Source of the DNA: Sulfuricella sp.
GTDB lineage: Bacteria; Pseudomonadota; Gammaproteobacteria; Burkholderiales; Sulfuricellaceae
Reading direction: 5' to 3'
Assembly: GCF_035531155.1 (NCBI RefSeq)
Contig: NZ_DATKTK010000050.1
Coordinates: 14,294-78,293 of the forward strand
Length of the DNA stretch: 64,000 nt
Shown: piece after piece, positions 49,743 through 58,874 of the stretch
How positions within the stretch are numbered: position 1 is the stretch's first letter
How the letters are laid out: every line of letters begins with the position of its first letter
The notes under the pieces: model-generated
The model's input: only the letters and a program-made list of their open reading frames with translations
Databases searched by the model: none
Told to the model about the DNA's origin: nothing
Program-made: the position numbers and the translations under genes

Positions 49743-51197
49743 TCAAAAACGGGGAATGTCGGGGAACGGCACCTGCCCGTGGTGCACGTGCATGCCACCG
49801 AATTCCGAGCAGCGGTGGGCGGTGGGAATTACCTTGCCGGGATTGAGCAGGCCGGACTGGTCGAACGCCAGCTTCACCTCGCGGAACCTCTGCAGCTCCT
49901 CGGGCTTGAACTGCGCGCACATCTGGTTGATTTTTTCGATCCCGACGCCGTGCTCGCCGGTGATGGTGCCGCCCACTTCCACGCATAGTTCCAGGATCTT
50001 GCCGCCGAGTTCCTCGGCGCGATGCCATTCGCCCGGCTGGTTGGCATCGTACAGGATCAGGGGGTGGAGGTTGCCGTCGCCGGCGTGGAATACGTTGGCC
50101 ACGCGCAGGCCGTATTCACGCGACAGCTCGTCGATGCGCCGCAGCACGTGGGTCAGCTCGCGGCGCGGGATGGTGCCGTCCATGCAGTAGTAATCGGGGG
50201 AGATGCGGCCCATGGCGGGGAAGGCGGCCTTGCGCCCGGCCCACAGCCTGAGACGATCCGTCTCATTCTCGGAGGTGCGCAGCGAGGTTGCGCCGCAGCG
50301 GGAGAGAATCGCCTGCATTTTGGCGATTTCCTCGGCGACTTCCTCCGGCGTGCCGTCAGATTCGCACAGTAGAATGGCTTCGGCGTCGAGGGGGTAACCG
50401 GCGTGGACGAAATCCTCTGCCGCCTGGATCGAGAGGCGATCCATCATTTCCAGGCCGGCCGGGATGATGCCGGCGGCGATGATCTCGCCCACCGCGGCGC
50501 CGGCCTCTGCCACCGTGTCGAATGCCGCCATCACCACCTGGGCGAGTTCGGGCCTGGGCAGCAGCTTTACCGTCACCTCAGTGATTACGCCGAGCATGCC
50601 CTCGCTGCCGGTGAACAGCGCCAGCAGATCGTAGCCGGCGGCGTCCATGGCCTCCGAGCCGATCTCCAGCAACTCGCCATCCATGGTGTAGGCGCGCAGC
50701 TTGAGCACGTTGTGGACGGTGAGGCCGTATTTCAGGCAATGCACCCCGCCGGCGTTTTCCGCCACGTTGCCGCCGATGGAGCAGGCGATCTGGCTGGATG
50801 GGTCGGGGGCGTAATAAAGGCCGTGCGGCGCCGCTGCCTCGGAGATGGCCAGGTTGCGCACGCCGGGCTGGACGCGGGCGATGCGGGCGAGGGGGTCGAG
50901 CGACAGAATGCGGTTGAACTTCGACAGGCTGAGCAGCACGCCGTCGGAGAGCGGCAGCGCCCCGCCCGACAGCCCGGTGCCGGCGCCGCGCGCCACCACC
51001 GGCACGTTTTCGCGGCGGCACAGCAGCAGGATTTCCCGCACCTGCTCCTCGGTTTCCGGCAGAACGACCGCCAGCGGCAGCTGGCGGTAGGCCGACAGGC
51101 CGTCGCACTCGAAGGGCTTGAGGTCCTCCTCCTCGAACAGCACTGCGTCGGAGGGGAGAATTCTCTGCAGCTGTTTTACCAGTTCATGCTTTTCCAT
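49743..51197 (-). CDS. glcD: Glycolate oxidase subunit GlcD
   Basis: ARGAGTGLSGG, PDPSSQIAC, HAGDGNLHP, GEHGVG. Confidence 0.96.
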   Translation of the reverse strand: MEKHELVKQLQRILPSDAVLFEEEDLKPFECDGLSAYRQLPLAVVLPETEEQVREILLLCRRENVPVVARGAGTGLSGGALPLSDGVLLSLSKFNRILSLDPLARIARVQPGVRNLAISEAAAPHGLYYAPDPSSQIACSIGGNVAENAGGVHCLKYGLTVHNVLKLRAYTMDGELLEIGSEAMDAAGYDLLALFTGSEGMLGVITEVTVKLLPRPELAQVVMAAFDTVAEAGAAVGEIIAAGIIPAGLEMMDRLSIQAAEDFVHAGYPLDAEAILLCESDGTPEEVAEEIAKMQAILSRCGATSLRTSENETDRLRLWAGRKAAFPAMGRISPDYYCMDGTIPRRELTHVLRRIDELSREYGLRVANVFHAGDGNLHPLILYDANQPGEWHRAEELGGKILELCVEVGGTITGEHGVGIEKINQMCAQFKPEELQRFREVKLAFDQSGLLNPGKVIPTAHRCSEFGGMHVHHGQVPFPDIPRF

Positions 51198-51235
51198 GGT
51201 CTCGGCGCCGAAATCGCGCTCCTTTCATTGCCAGC

Positions 51236-52540
51236 TTATTCCTTCGTACCGCGAAGCCTATGATACACCTCGGCCAGCGCCTTTTCGTCGCCGACGTTGC
51301 CGGGGAAAATCACCACCGGAATTTCGGGGAAGGCATGGTCGGCGGGGGTCAGCACCACGCTGCAGCCGGCCAGTATCTGCCCCGCCAGGCGTGTCGTGGG
51401 CAGGGCGAGCCCCTTGCTCAACATGTCGTTGGAGGTAATGCCGCCCTTGCTGATGATGAAGCCGATGGTGGCGGGCAGGCCATGCACCACGTCCATCAGG
51501 AAACCGGACACGTGCTCGCCGAACGCCAGGCGGGCGGCCTGGTCGGGAAACTGGCGTTCCACCCGGCTGGTGAACACCACCGGGGTCAGGCCATTCTGGT
51601 GCGCCTGGGCAACTTTCGCCAGCACTTCTTGTAGCAGGGCCGGGCTCTCTTCTGGCATGCGGCTAACATCCACTTCCACCGCTGCGATGCCTTCCTGCTG
51701 CAGCAATACCTGAAGCTGGTCGGTAGTCTTCTTGACGTGCGAGCCCACCACCACCACGCCTGGCCGGTTATTTTTGACATAGCGGTGCATGTCCTCGGCC
51801 GCAACTGGCTGCGGCGGCAATTTTGCCAGGGCGGTCAGCAGGCTGGCGGCGCTGCGGAACAGGAAACGCTTTCCCTGGCTGGCGGCCTGTTCCAGATCGT
51901 CGGCGAAGCGGTCGAGATCGGCCTGGATTTCGGCATCCACCACGCAGCAGGCATTGCCCGCAAGCGCCATCAGACGGTCGAGCGAGCCGGCGCGGATGTC
52001 GTTGAGGGTGAAGCGCACCACTTGATCGGCCTTGATGCGGCCTCGGGTTTTCTCTTCCACGTAGTCAGGCAGGTAGCTGTGGCGGTAGCCGAACACGGAA
52101 TCGCGGGCGAACTCGGTTTCGTGCACCGGCACTGGCTGGCCGCTTACCTTGAGATAGTGGATGCTGTCCACGGTGAAGCGGCCGCCCTCAAAAAAGGCGG
52201 GCACCAGGAAGTGGGCGTCGAACGGGCCCAGTTCCTCGGCCATGACGTCGGTTTCCACCGGATAGTGGCCGCGCAGGGTGGAGTCGGAGCGGCTGACGAA
52301 CAGCGCCGGCCGGCCGAACCCTTCCATCGCCAGCTTCAGGTTGTGGCACGTCTCGCGCGTCACCTGGCTGGCCTCGGCGGCGCCCATGCCGCGGGTATTG
52401 GTCAGCACGAACATCAGCGGGGAGGCATCGTACAGCCCCTGTTTCAGCGTCTCGACATCCCAGCGGGTGAGCAGCAGACTGCCATGCACCGTTTGCGAGC
52501 CGGTGGGGTCGTCGTCGAGGACTATGATTTTGGGTTGCAT
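51236..52540 (-). CDS. Four-carbon acid sugar kinase family (DUF1537)
   Basis: VLDDDPTG, SRSDSTLRGH, PAFFEGGR, SKGGITS. Confidence 0.88.
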   Translation of the reverse strand: MQPKIIVLDDDPTGSQTVHGSLLLTRWDVETLKQGLYDASPLMFVLTNTRGMGAAEASQVTRETCHNLKLAMEGFGRPALFVSRSDSTLRGHYPVETDVMAEELGPFDAHFLVPAFFEGGRFTVDSIHYLKVSGQPVPVHETEFARDSVFGYRHSYLPDYVEEKTRGRIKADQVVRFTLNDIRAGSLDRLMALAGNACCVVDAEIQADLDRFADDLEQAASQGKRFLFRSAASLLTALAKLPPQPVAAEDMHRYVKNNRPGVVVVGSHVKKTTDQLQVLLQQEGIAAVEVDVSRMPEESPALLQEVLAKVAQAHQNGLTPVVFTSRVERQFPDQAARLAFGEHVSGFLMDVVHGLPATIGFIISKGGITSNDMLSKGLALPTTRLAGQILAGCSVVLTPADHAFPEIPVVIFPGNVGDEKALAEVYHRLRGTKE

Positions 52541-52554
52541 CGAAATTCCTTTTT

Positions 52555-52626
52555 CACCGCAGAGGCGCGGAGGCGCTGAGAAAAACTAAACCCAACCGAT
52601 TGTTCGATCTCTGCGCCTCTGCGGTT
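52555..52626. repeat. Periodic-arm palindrome, CGCAGAG subtype (copy 5)
   Basis: CACCGCAGAGGCGCGGAGGCGC ... CTCTGCGCCTCTGCGGTT. Confidence 0.85.
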
Positions 52627-52632
52627 AAGTCA

Positions 52633-54855
52633 TTAACCCAGCAAAGCCAGCGCCCGTTGCTCCATCGCCTTGGCGTTCATGCCGTTGAGGTCGAACAACT
52701 GGCCTACGCTGGCGGTGGTTTCGCCACGCCGCCAGCAGAATGTTTCGCGGCGTGCCGCGCGGGTTCTCAGCAGTACCGGCTCAAGCATGGCGGACGGACC
52801 GCCGGTGACGGCGATCAGCGCGTCGCCGTGGAACATGGCCTCAAAGTCACCGTCACTCATGAACAGGCCGTCCGGCTGGGACACGGTATTCCACGACACG
52901 TCGGTTGGGCGGTACAGGCGGCGCGGGTTGACCACGGCGACGATGCGCACGCCGATGCCCTGCTTGGTTAGCGCTTCGGCCGCCTCGAATACCGGCAGAA
53001 GCACCATGTCGCCCGTCACTGCGAATACCACCTTGGCCTTGCCGTCAGTGTCGAGCAGGGTGATCGCGCCTTCCTCCACTGCCTTGCGGCTCTGTGCCAG
53101 AGTGGTGCGTACCGGCAGTGGACTCTTGGAGGCGGTGATGACGATACCCTTGTTGTAGGTCTGCAGCGCCCATTCGTAGGCCACCTGGATCATGTTGGCG
53201 TCGGTCGGGAACAGCGGGAACACGTTGCCGTTGCGCATCATGGCGGCGAAGTAGGCTTCGACTTCCGGCCGCTGGTGGGTCCAGCCGTTGCGGCCCTGCT
53301 CCAGTGCGCCGGCGGTGAACAGGCACACCGTGCTCGGCGTTTTGCGACGCAGCTCGGCCATCGCCTGGATCACCGTCTGCCAGATCGGCAGGCCGTTGAT
53401 GACGAAAGATTCGTAAGAGCACCACAGGCTGCGCCCGCCGAATAGCGCCACTGCGGCAGCGAGCCCGGCGCAGGCATCCTCGTTGAGCGGCTCGTAAACC
53501 TGGCCGTTGGGGCCCTGGAAATACAGCTCATCCACCGTCGGATGGCGGATCGTGAGTGCCTTGTTGATGTTGGCCATGGCCGAGGCTTCGTTGCCATCGG
53601 CATTGGTGACGATGAAACGCGGGTCGCGCTTGCCGACCTCGGCCACCACTTGGCCGAAGGCGGTAGTCGGCACCTTGGCCTCGCCATCTACGTCGTATTC
53701 GGTCATCAGCGGCAGGCCGTCGAGGCTGGCCAACTCCAGCTCGAATTCGGTCACCACGGTCTTAACGGCGGGTCCGCCGCCGGCATGGCGGAAATTCTCG
53801 CGCACCAATTCCCAGGCGGCGGTCGACAGGGCGCGGCGTTGCAGGCCGCCCTTGACGTCGTCGCTTTCCAGGGTGTGGTAGGCGTACATGTTATGCGACT
53901 TGGCACCGGTGGCATGCACCCCGGTGCCCTTGAGTTGTTTCAGGATCAGCACCGACAGCCCGCCGTTGAGGCCGTTTTGCGCGGCTGCATGGCTGGCTTT
54001 TAGCACTGCGCCGGCAAAGGCCACGCGCCGCTGCCACGAGAACAGCGAGCTGTCGACGTAGGCGCCATCCTGATTCTGGTCGTCGAATTCCTTGGCGTCC
54101 ACCAGGTACACGTGCTTGAAACCGTGGGCCTTCCAGTAGGCCGTCATGCGGGCATTGTCCCAAGTCGAGACCATGCTGTGGTGTTCCTGGGAATAGCCGT
54201 TCCAGACCAGGATCGGTAGGAAGTTGGTGGCCTTGGGGTAGGCGGTGTTGAAATGCACCATGGCGCTCATGATGTAGGGCTCGCCCAGGCCGCCGTCGCC
54301 GATGGTCACCGGGAACAGCTTGCCGGGATGGAGCAGGGCGCCGGCCATGGCGAAATGCTGGCCCTGGCCCAAGGGGCCGGCGGGGGAGAGTAGGCCGGGA
54401 ATAGCGCCGGACAGATGTCCCAGCAGGCCGTGGGTTTCGCGGAAGCGCTCGCGCATCTGCTGCACCGTGGTTATGCCCATTTCTTCCAGCGAGGTGTCGA
54501 GGAACATGGCGCTGTAGAAGCCCGGCGCATGGTGGCCGACTTCGGTCACGATATTGGTGTGGCCCAGCATCACCATGGAGGCATAGGCTTCCGCGCTGCT
54601 GGCGAAACCGCCGGGGTGGCCGGAAGATTTGGCGCCGGTCACCTGGAGGGTGAGATAGCGCAGGGCATCCGCAACCAGCAGGGTCTGATAGGCCGCCTTT
54701 TCATCGTTGGCGTCGGCAACGCCGTGAACCTTTTCCGACAGGCAGGGGGCAGCGCCGTAACGATCGAAGTCCGGCATGGATTCCGCGAAATATTGAATTC
54801 CTTGGCAAAACGCCGGCGTAGCCTGCGGTGCTATCAGCTTTTTTTCCGCGCTCAT
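52633..54855 (-). CDS. Phosphoketolase-family ThDP-dependent enzyme (short 740-aa type)
   Basis: GDG...WNG ThDP motif, SGHPGG, EVGHH, SYESF, NGWTHQ. Confidence 0.82.
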   Translation of the reverse strand: MSAEKKLIAPQATPAFCQGIQYFAESMPDFDRYGAAPCLSEKVHGVADANDEKAAYQTLLVADALRYLTLQVTGAKSSGHPGGFASSAEAYASMVMLGHTNIVTEVGHHAPGFYSAMFLDTSLEEMGITTVQQMRERFRETHGLLGHLSGAIPGLLSPAGPLGQGQHFAMAGALLHPGKLFPVTIGDGGLGEPYIMSAMVHFNTAYPKATNFLPILVWNGYSQEHHSMVSTWDNARMTAYWKAHGFKHVYLVDAKEFDDQNQDGAYVDSSLFSWQRRVAFAGAVLKASHAAAQNGLNGGLSVLILKQLKGTGVHATGAKSHNMYAYHTLESDDVKGGLQRRALSTAAWELVRENFRHAGGGPAVKTVVTEFELELASLDGLPLMTEYDVDGEAKVPTTAFGQVVAEVGKRDPRFIVTNADGNEASAMANINKALTIRHPTVDELYFQGPNGQVYEPLNEDACAGLAAAVALFGGRSLWCSYESFVINGLPIWQTVIQAMAELRRKTPSTVCLFTAGALEQGRNGWTHQRPEVEAYFAAMMRNGNVFPLFPTDANMIQVAYEWALQTYNKGIVITASKSPLPVRTTLAQSRKAVEEGAITLLDTDGKAKVVFAVTGDMVLLPVFEAAEALTKQGIGVRIVAVVNPRRLYRPTDVSWNTVSQPDGLFMSDGDFEAMFHGDALIAVTGGPSAMLEPVLLRTRAARRETFCWRRGETTASVGQLFDLNGMNAKAMEQRALALLG

Positions 54856-54912
54856 CTTCTTCTCCAGTAATCAGAAAACTGTTAGGCATGGCAGAACTTG
54901 TCTACCATTTAA

Positions 54913-54948
54913 AATTTCACTATATGAAATTAACATTCATGTTATGAA
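54913..54948. promoter_or_regulatory. Tandem TTCA-N5-TGAA (T-N11-A) palindromes, LysR-type sites
   Basis: AATTTCA-CTATA-TGAAATT and TTCA-TGTTA-TGAA, offset by 20 bp, in the AT-rich gap upstream of the phosphoketolase gene. Confidence 0.55.
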
Positions 54949-55023
54949 AATAGTAGCAAAGCCCCCGGATAAATGCAACAGGCAAATCCTTGCTTCAGCA
55001 AGGAGATAGTTGCAGCGGGTAGC

Positions 55024-56616
55024 CTATTCCATGACGGCGTAACAGTGATTGGTAAGGAATTCCACGATAGCCTCGCTGGCGATCAGTTGATCGAAAACCT
55101 TCGCCCCTTGCTGATAATCCCCGGAAATGAAGCGTTTTTCGCTCACGCCCGCGATGATTCCGGCAACAGTTGCCGGAATCATCGCGCGGACCATCTCGAC
55201 TGTCACCTTGCGGCCGTCGTCCAGCACTCCGCGGGCGCTGTGTATCCACTGCCATACCTGGGAGCGGGAAATTTCGGCGGTGGCGGCGTCCTCCATCAGG
55301 TTGTGTATCGGCACGCAGCCAGTGCCAGCCAGCCAAGCGCCAAGGTAGGCTATCGCTACTTCGATGTTGGCGCGCAGCCCCGCCTCGGTGATCGGGCCTT
55401 CAGGTTCGAATTTCAGCAGGTCGGCGGCGCTAGCCTGGACGTCTTCGCGCTTCTTGTGCAACTGATTTGGGGTGGGCATCAGCCGGTCGAAAACCTCCAT
55501 CGCCAGCGGCACCAGGCCGGGATGGGCTACCCAAGTGCCGTCGTGGCCGTCGCTTGCTTCTCGCTCCTTGTCGGCGCGTACCTTGGCGAGTGCCATGGCA
55601 TTCGCCTCGGGGTCGGACTTGATCGGGATCTGTGCCGCCATTCCGCCCATGGCATGGGCGTTGCGGCGATGGCAGGTCTTGATCGATAGCAGCGAATAGG
55701 CGCGCATGAAGGGCGAGGTCATGGTCACCAGGCCGCGGTCGGCCAGGATGAAGCTCGGGTTGCGGCTGAACTTCTTGATGCAGCTGAAGATGTAATCCCA
55801 GCGTCCGCAGTTGAGGCCGGCCGAGTGCTCGCGCAGCTCGTAGAGGAATTCGTCCATCTCGAAGGCGGCGGGGAGGGTCTCGATCAGCGCCGTCGCCTTG
55901 ACGGTGCCGCGCGGGATGCCGAGGCGCTCCTGGGCGTAGACGAAGACGTCGTTCCACAACCGGGCTTCGAGGTGGCTTTCCATCTTGGGCAGGTAGAAAT
56001 AGGGCGCGGTGCCCCGGGACAGCAGGGTTTTTGCGTTGTGGAAGAAGTACAGGCCGAAGTCGAAGAGGCTGCCGGACACCGGCTTTCCGTCCACGGTCAC
56101 GTGCTTCTCCAGCATGTGCCAGCCGCGCGGGCGAACGAACAGCACCGCGGTTTTTTCATTCAACTGGTAGGTCTTGCCGTCCGGGTTGACGTGGCTGATG
56201 GTACGGGCGACCGCGTCGCGCAGGTTGATCTGGGCCTCGACCACGTTGGGCCAGGTCGGGGTCATGGAATCTTCCAGGTCCGCCATGTATACCTTTGCTC
56301 CGGCGTTGAGTCCGTTGATCAGCATCTTGCGCTCCGCCGGGCCGGTGATCTCGACGCGCCGGTCCTGCAGTTCGGCAGGCACCGGGGCGACGCTCCAGTC
56401 GCCGCTGCGCACGTCGGCGGTTTCGGGCAGGAAGTCTGGCAGCTTGCCGCTGTCCAGTTCGGCCTGGCGGGCCACCCGCCGCTCCAGCAGGGATAGACGC
56501 ACGGGCTCGAACTTGCGCGCCAGTTCGGCGATGAACGTCAGTGCCTCGGGAGTGAGGATGCTGGATTGCTCCGGGGTGACCGGGGCGGAGATTGCTATGC
56601 CTGCGGGATGAGTCAT
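55024..56616 (-). CDS. aceB: Malate synthase A
   Basis: RRVEITGP, VRPRGWH, LNCGRWDYIFS, DGHDGTWVAHP, LMEDAATAEISR. Confidence 0.96.
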   Translation of the reverse strand: MTHPAGIAISAPVTPEQSSILTPEALTFIAELARKFEPVRLSLLERRVARQAELDSGKLPDFLPETADVRSGDWSVAPVPAELQDRRVEITGPAERKMLINGLNAGAKVYMADLEDSMTPTWPNVVEAQINLRDAVARTISHVNPDGKTYQLNEKTAVLFVRPRGWHMLEKHVTVDGKPVSGSLFDFGLYFFHNAKTLLSRGTAPYFYLPKMESHLEARLWNDVFVYAQERLGIPRGTVKATALIETLPAAFEMDEFLYELREHSAGLNCGRWDYIFSCIKKFSRNPSFILADRGLVTMTSPFMRAYSLLSIKTCHRRNAHAMGGMAAQIPIKSDPEANAMALAKVRADKEREASDGHDGTWVAHPGLVPLAMEVFDRLMPTPNQLHKKREDVQASAADLLKFEPEGPITEAGLRANIEVAIAYLGAWLAGTGCVPIHNLMEDAATAEISRSQVWQWIHSARGVLDDGRKVTVEMVRAMIPATVAGIIAGVSEKRFISGDYQQGAKVFDQLIASEAIVEFLTNHCYAVME

Positions 56617-56639
56617 GGTCGTTTCCTTTCAAATGGGTG

Positions 56640-57587
56640 TCAGGCGACGCGGTTCTGCGCTTCGCCGCGCATGAACGCCTCGATGTTGTCGATCAACTGG
56701 TCGGCCAGGGTCTGCATCGCTTCCCGGCCCGACCAGGCGATGTGCGGCGTGAGGATGAAGTTGGGCAGGTCGAGGTCGAGCAGGGGGTTGCCTTCTCTGG
56801 GCGGCTCCTTGCCCAGCACGTCGAATCCGGCGCCGCCGATTCTGCCCGAATGCAGGACATCGAGCAGCGCCGCTTCGTCCACCAGACCGCCGCGGGCGGT
56901 GTTGATCAGCAGGGCGTGGGGTTTCATCCGGGCGAATTCAGCCGCACCGATCAGGTGGCGGGTTTGCTCGCTGAGGGGCAAGTGCAAACTGATCACGTCG
57001 CTTTCCTGCAGCACCGTGTCGAACGCGGTGTAGCCCGGGCGCACCTCGGCGGCACCCTTGTGCTCGGCGATCAGCACCTTCATGCCGAATGCCAGCGCGA
57101 TCTGTTCCACCGCCTGGCCGATGGCGCCGTGGCCGATCAGCCCCAGGGTGCTGCCGTGCAGGTCGCGCACCGGATGGGTGAACAGGCAGAACTGGTCGGC
57201 CCGCTGCCATTCGCCGTTGCGCAAGTCGGCGCGGAACGCCAGCAGGTTGCGGCGCAGCGCCAGCATCAGCATGAACACGTGCTCCGGCACGGTGTGCACC
57301 GAGTAGTTGCGGATGTTGGATACCACGATGCCGCGTTCGCGGCAGCAGGCGATATCCACGTTGTCGGTGCCGGTGGCGGCGGCGGCCACCATCTTCAGCT
57401 TGGGCAATTGCTCCAGCGTTTCCCGGCGTAGCGGCACCTTGTTGGTGATGGCGACAGTGGCCTCCATCAGCCGCGCCACGATCTGGTCGGCCGGCGTGGC
57501 AGGATACTCCTCCCACTGGTGATGGAAGGACGGGTGGCGGATGTCGGCGATGATGCTGTCGGAATCGAGAAAGACGATTTTTTCCAT
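56640..57587 (-). CDS. D-2-hydroxyacid dehydrogenase (glycerate dehydrogenase/hydroxypyruvate reductase-like)
   Basis: ATGTDNVD, GHGAIG, INTARGGLVDE, LTPHIAW. Confidence 0.85.
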   Translation of the reverse strand: MEKIVFLDSDSIIADIRHPSFHHQWEEYPATPADQIVARLMEATVAITNKVPLRRETLEQLPKLKMVAAAATGTDNVDIACCRERGIVVSNIRNYSVHTVPEHVFMLMLALRRNLLAFRADLRNGEWQRADQFCLFTHPVRDLHGSTLGLIGHGAIGQAVEQIALAFGMKVLIAEHKGAAEVRPGYTAFDTVLQESDVISLHLPLSEQTRHLIGAAEFARMKPHALLINTARGGLVDEAALLDVLHSGRIGGAGFDVLGKEPPREGNPLLDLDLPNFILTPHIAWSGREAMQTLADQLIDNIEAFMRGEAQNRVA

Positions 57588-57619
57588 GAGATTTGTCCTG
57601 GCTTTGATATTTCATAAAC

Positions 57620-57746
57620 TCACCGCGGAGGCGCGGAGGCGCAGAGAACGTAGTACCCAGAATTACGACAGGCTTAGCAAATAATAGCCCGAAGAAATTA
57701 GGGGTTTATTGTGCTTTTCCTCTGCGTCTCGGCGCCTCTGCGGTGA
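57620..57746. repeat. Periodic-arm palindrome, CGCAGAG subtype (copy 6)
   Basis: TCACCGCGGAGGCGCGGAGGCGCAGAG ... CTCTGCGTCTCGGCGCCTCTGCGGTGA. Confidence 0.85.
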
Positions 57747-57756
57747 AAAGTCCAAG

Positions 57757-58644
57757 CTAATCGCCGCCCATGCCGGACATCCGTTCCAGCACCTTGACCA
57801 CTGCAGAGGAATCCAGGTCAGCGTCGCCGCTGCCCATCAGGGCGTTGAGGTGCTGGGTGACCAGGGCGGCGGCAGGCAGCACCAGGCCGAGCTGGTGGGC
57901 GGTTTCCATGACGATGCGCATGTCTTTCTGGTGCAGGCCAACCTTGAAGCCGGGCCTGAAATCGTGGTCCAGCATGCGCTTGCCGTGCACTTCCAGTATC
58001 TTGCTGCCGGCGAAACCGCCGAGCAGGGCCTCGCGCACCTTGGCCGGGTCGGCACCGTTCTTGCGGGCGAAAGTCAGCGCTTCCGCCACCGCTTCAATAG
58101 TCACCGCCACCACGATCTGGTTGCATGCCTTGGCCACTTGGCCGGCGCCGTTGCCGCCGACGTGGACGATATTCTCGCCCATGCATTCGAACAGCGGTCT
58201 GACGCGCTCGAACACCTCCGGCTTGCCGCCCGCCATGATCGAGAGGGTGGCATTGATCGCCCCGGTTTCGCCGCCGGAAACCGGCGCGTCCAGCATCTCG
58301 ATGCCTTTCGCACTAAGTCGCTCGGCGAAAGCCTTGGTGGCGGTGGGGGAGATAGTGCTCATGTCGACCACTACCAAACCTGGCCGGGCGCTGTGAATGA
58401 TGCCCTGTTCGCCGAACACCACCGTTTCCACATCCGGGGTGTCGGATACGATGGTGAAGATCACGTCCGCGTGGGCTGCTACTTCCCCGGGCGTGGCGCA
58501 GGCGGTTGCACCTGCAGCCGTCAGCTGCTGCAGGGCTTCCGGGCGGCGCGCGTAGGCCCACAGCTTGTGCCCGCCCTTCATCAGGTTGAGGGCCATGGGG
58601 CGGCCCATGATGCCGGGGCCGATAAATCCGACATTGAATGACAT
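57757..58644 (-). CDS. glxR: HIBADH-family reductase, 2-hydroxy-3-oxopropionate (tartronate semialdehyde) reductase-like
   Basis: GPGIMG, DAPVSGG, KACNQ, FRPGF...HQKD. Confidence 0.75.
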   Translation of the reverse strand: MSFNVGFIGPGIMGRPMALNLMKGGHKLWAYARRPEALQQLTAAGATACATPGEVAAHADVIFTIVSDTPDVETVVFGEQGIIHSARPGLVVVDMSTISPTATKAFAERLSAKGIEMLDAPVSGGETGAINATLSIMAGGKPEVFERVRPLFECMGENIVHVGGNGAGQVAKACNQIVVAVTIEAVAEALTFARKNGADPAKVREALLGGFAGSKILEVHGKRMLDHDFRPGFKVGLHQKDMRIVMETAHQLGLVLPAAALVTQHLNALMGSGDADLDSSAVVKVLERMSGMGGD

Positions 58645-58674
58645 AAGTTTCTCTTAAGGGTTACGTATCGTTAA

Positions 58675-58874
58675 TCCTTAAAACGGCGATTAACCACGAA
58701 TGACACGAATTTTCACGAATAAACACGAATAGTTAGAGACAAACATCGTGTCGCCCAGAGGCGTCTACTTTTGGCGCCAAACGGGTGAATCAGCTAAGCT
58801 ATGATAATCTACTGATTATTCGTGAATATTCGTGCTTCATTCGTGTAAATTCGTGGTTAAAAGCTTTTTCTAGG
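58675..58874. repeat. Periodic-arm palindrome, CACGAAT subtype (copy 7)
   Basis: Arms and interior near-identical to copies 3 and 9. Confidence 0.9.
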
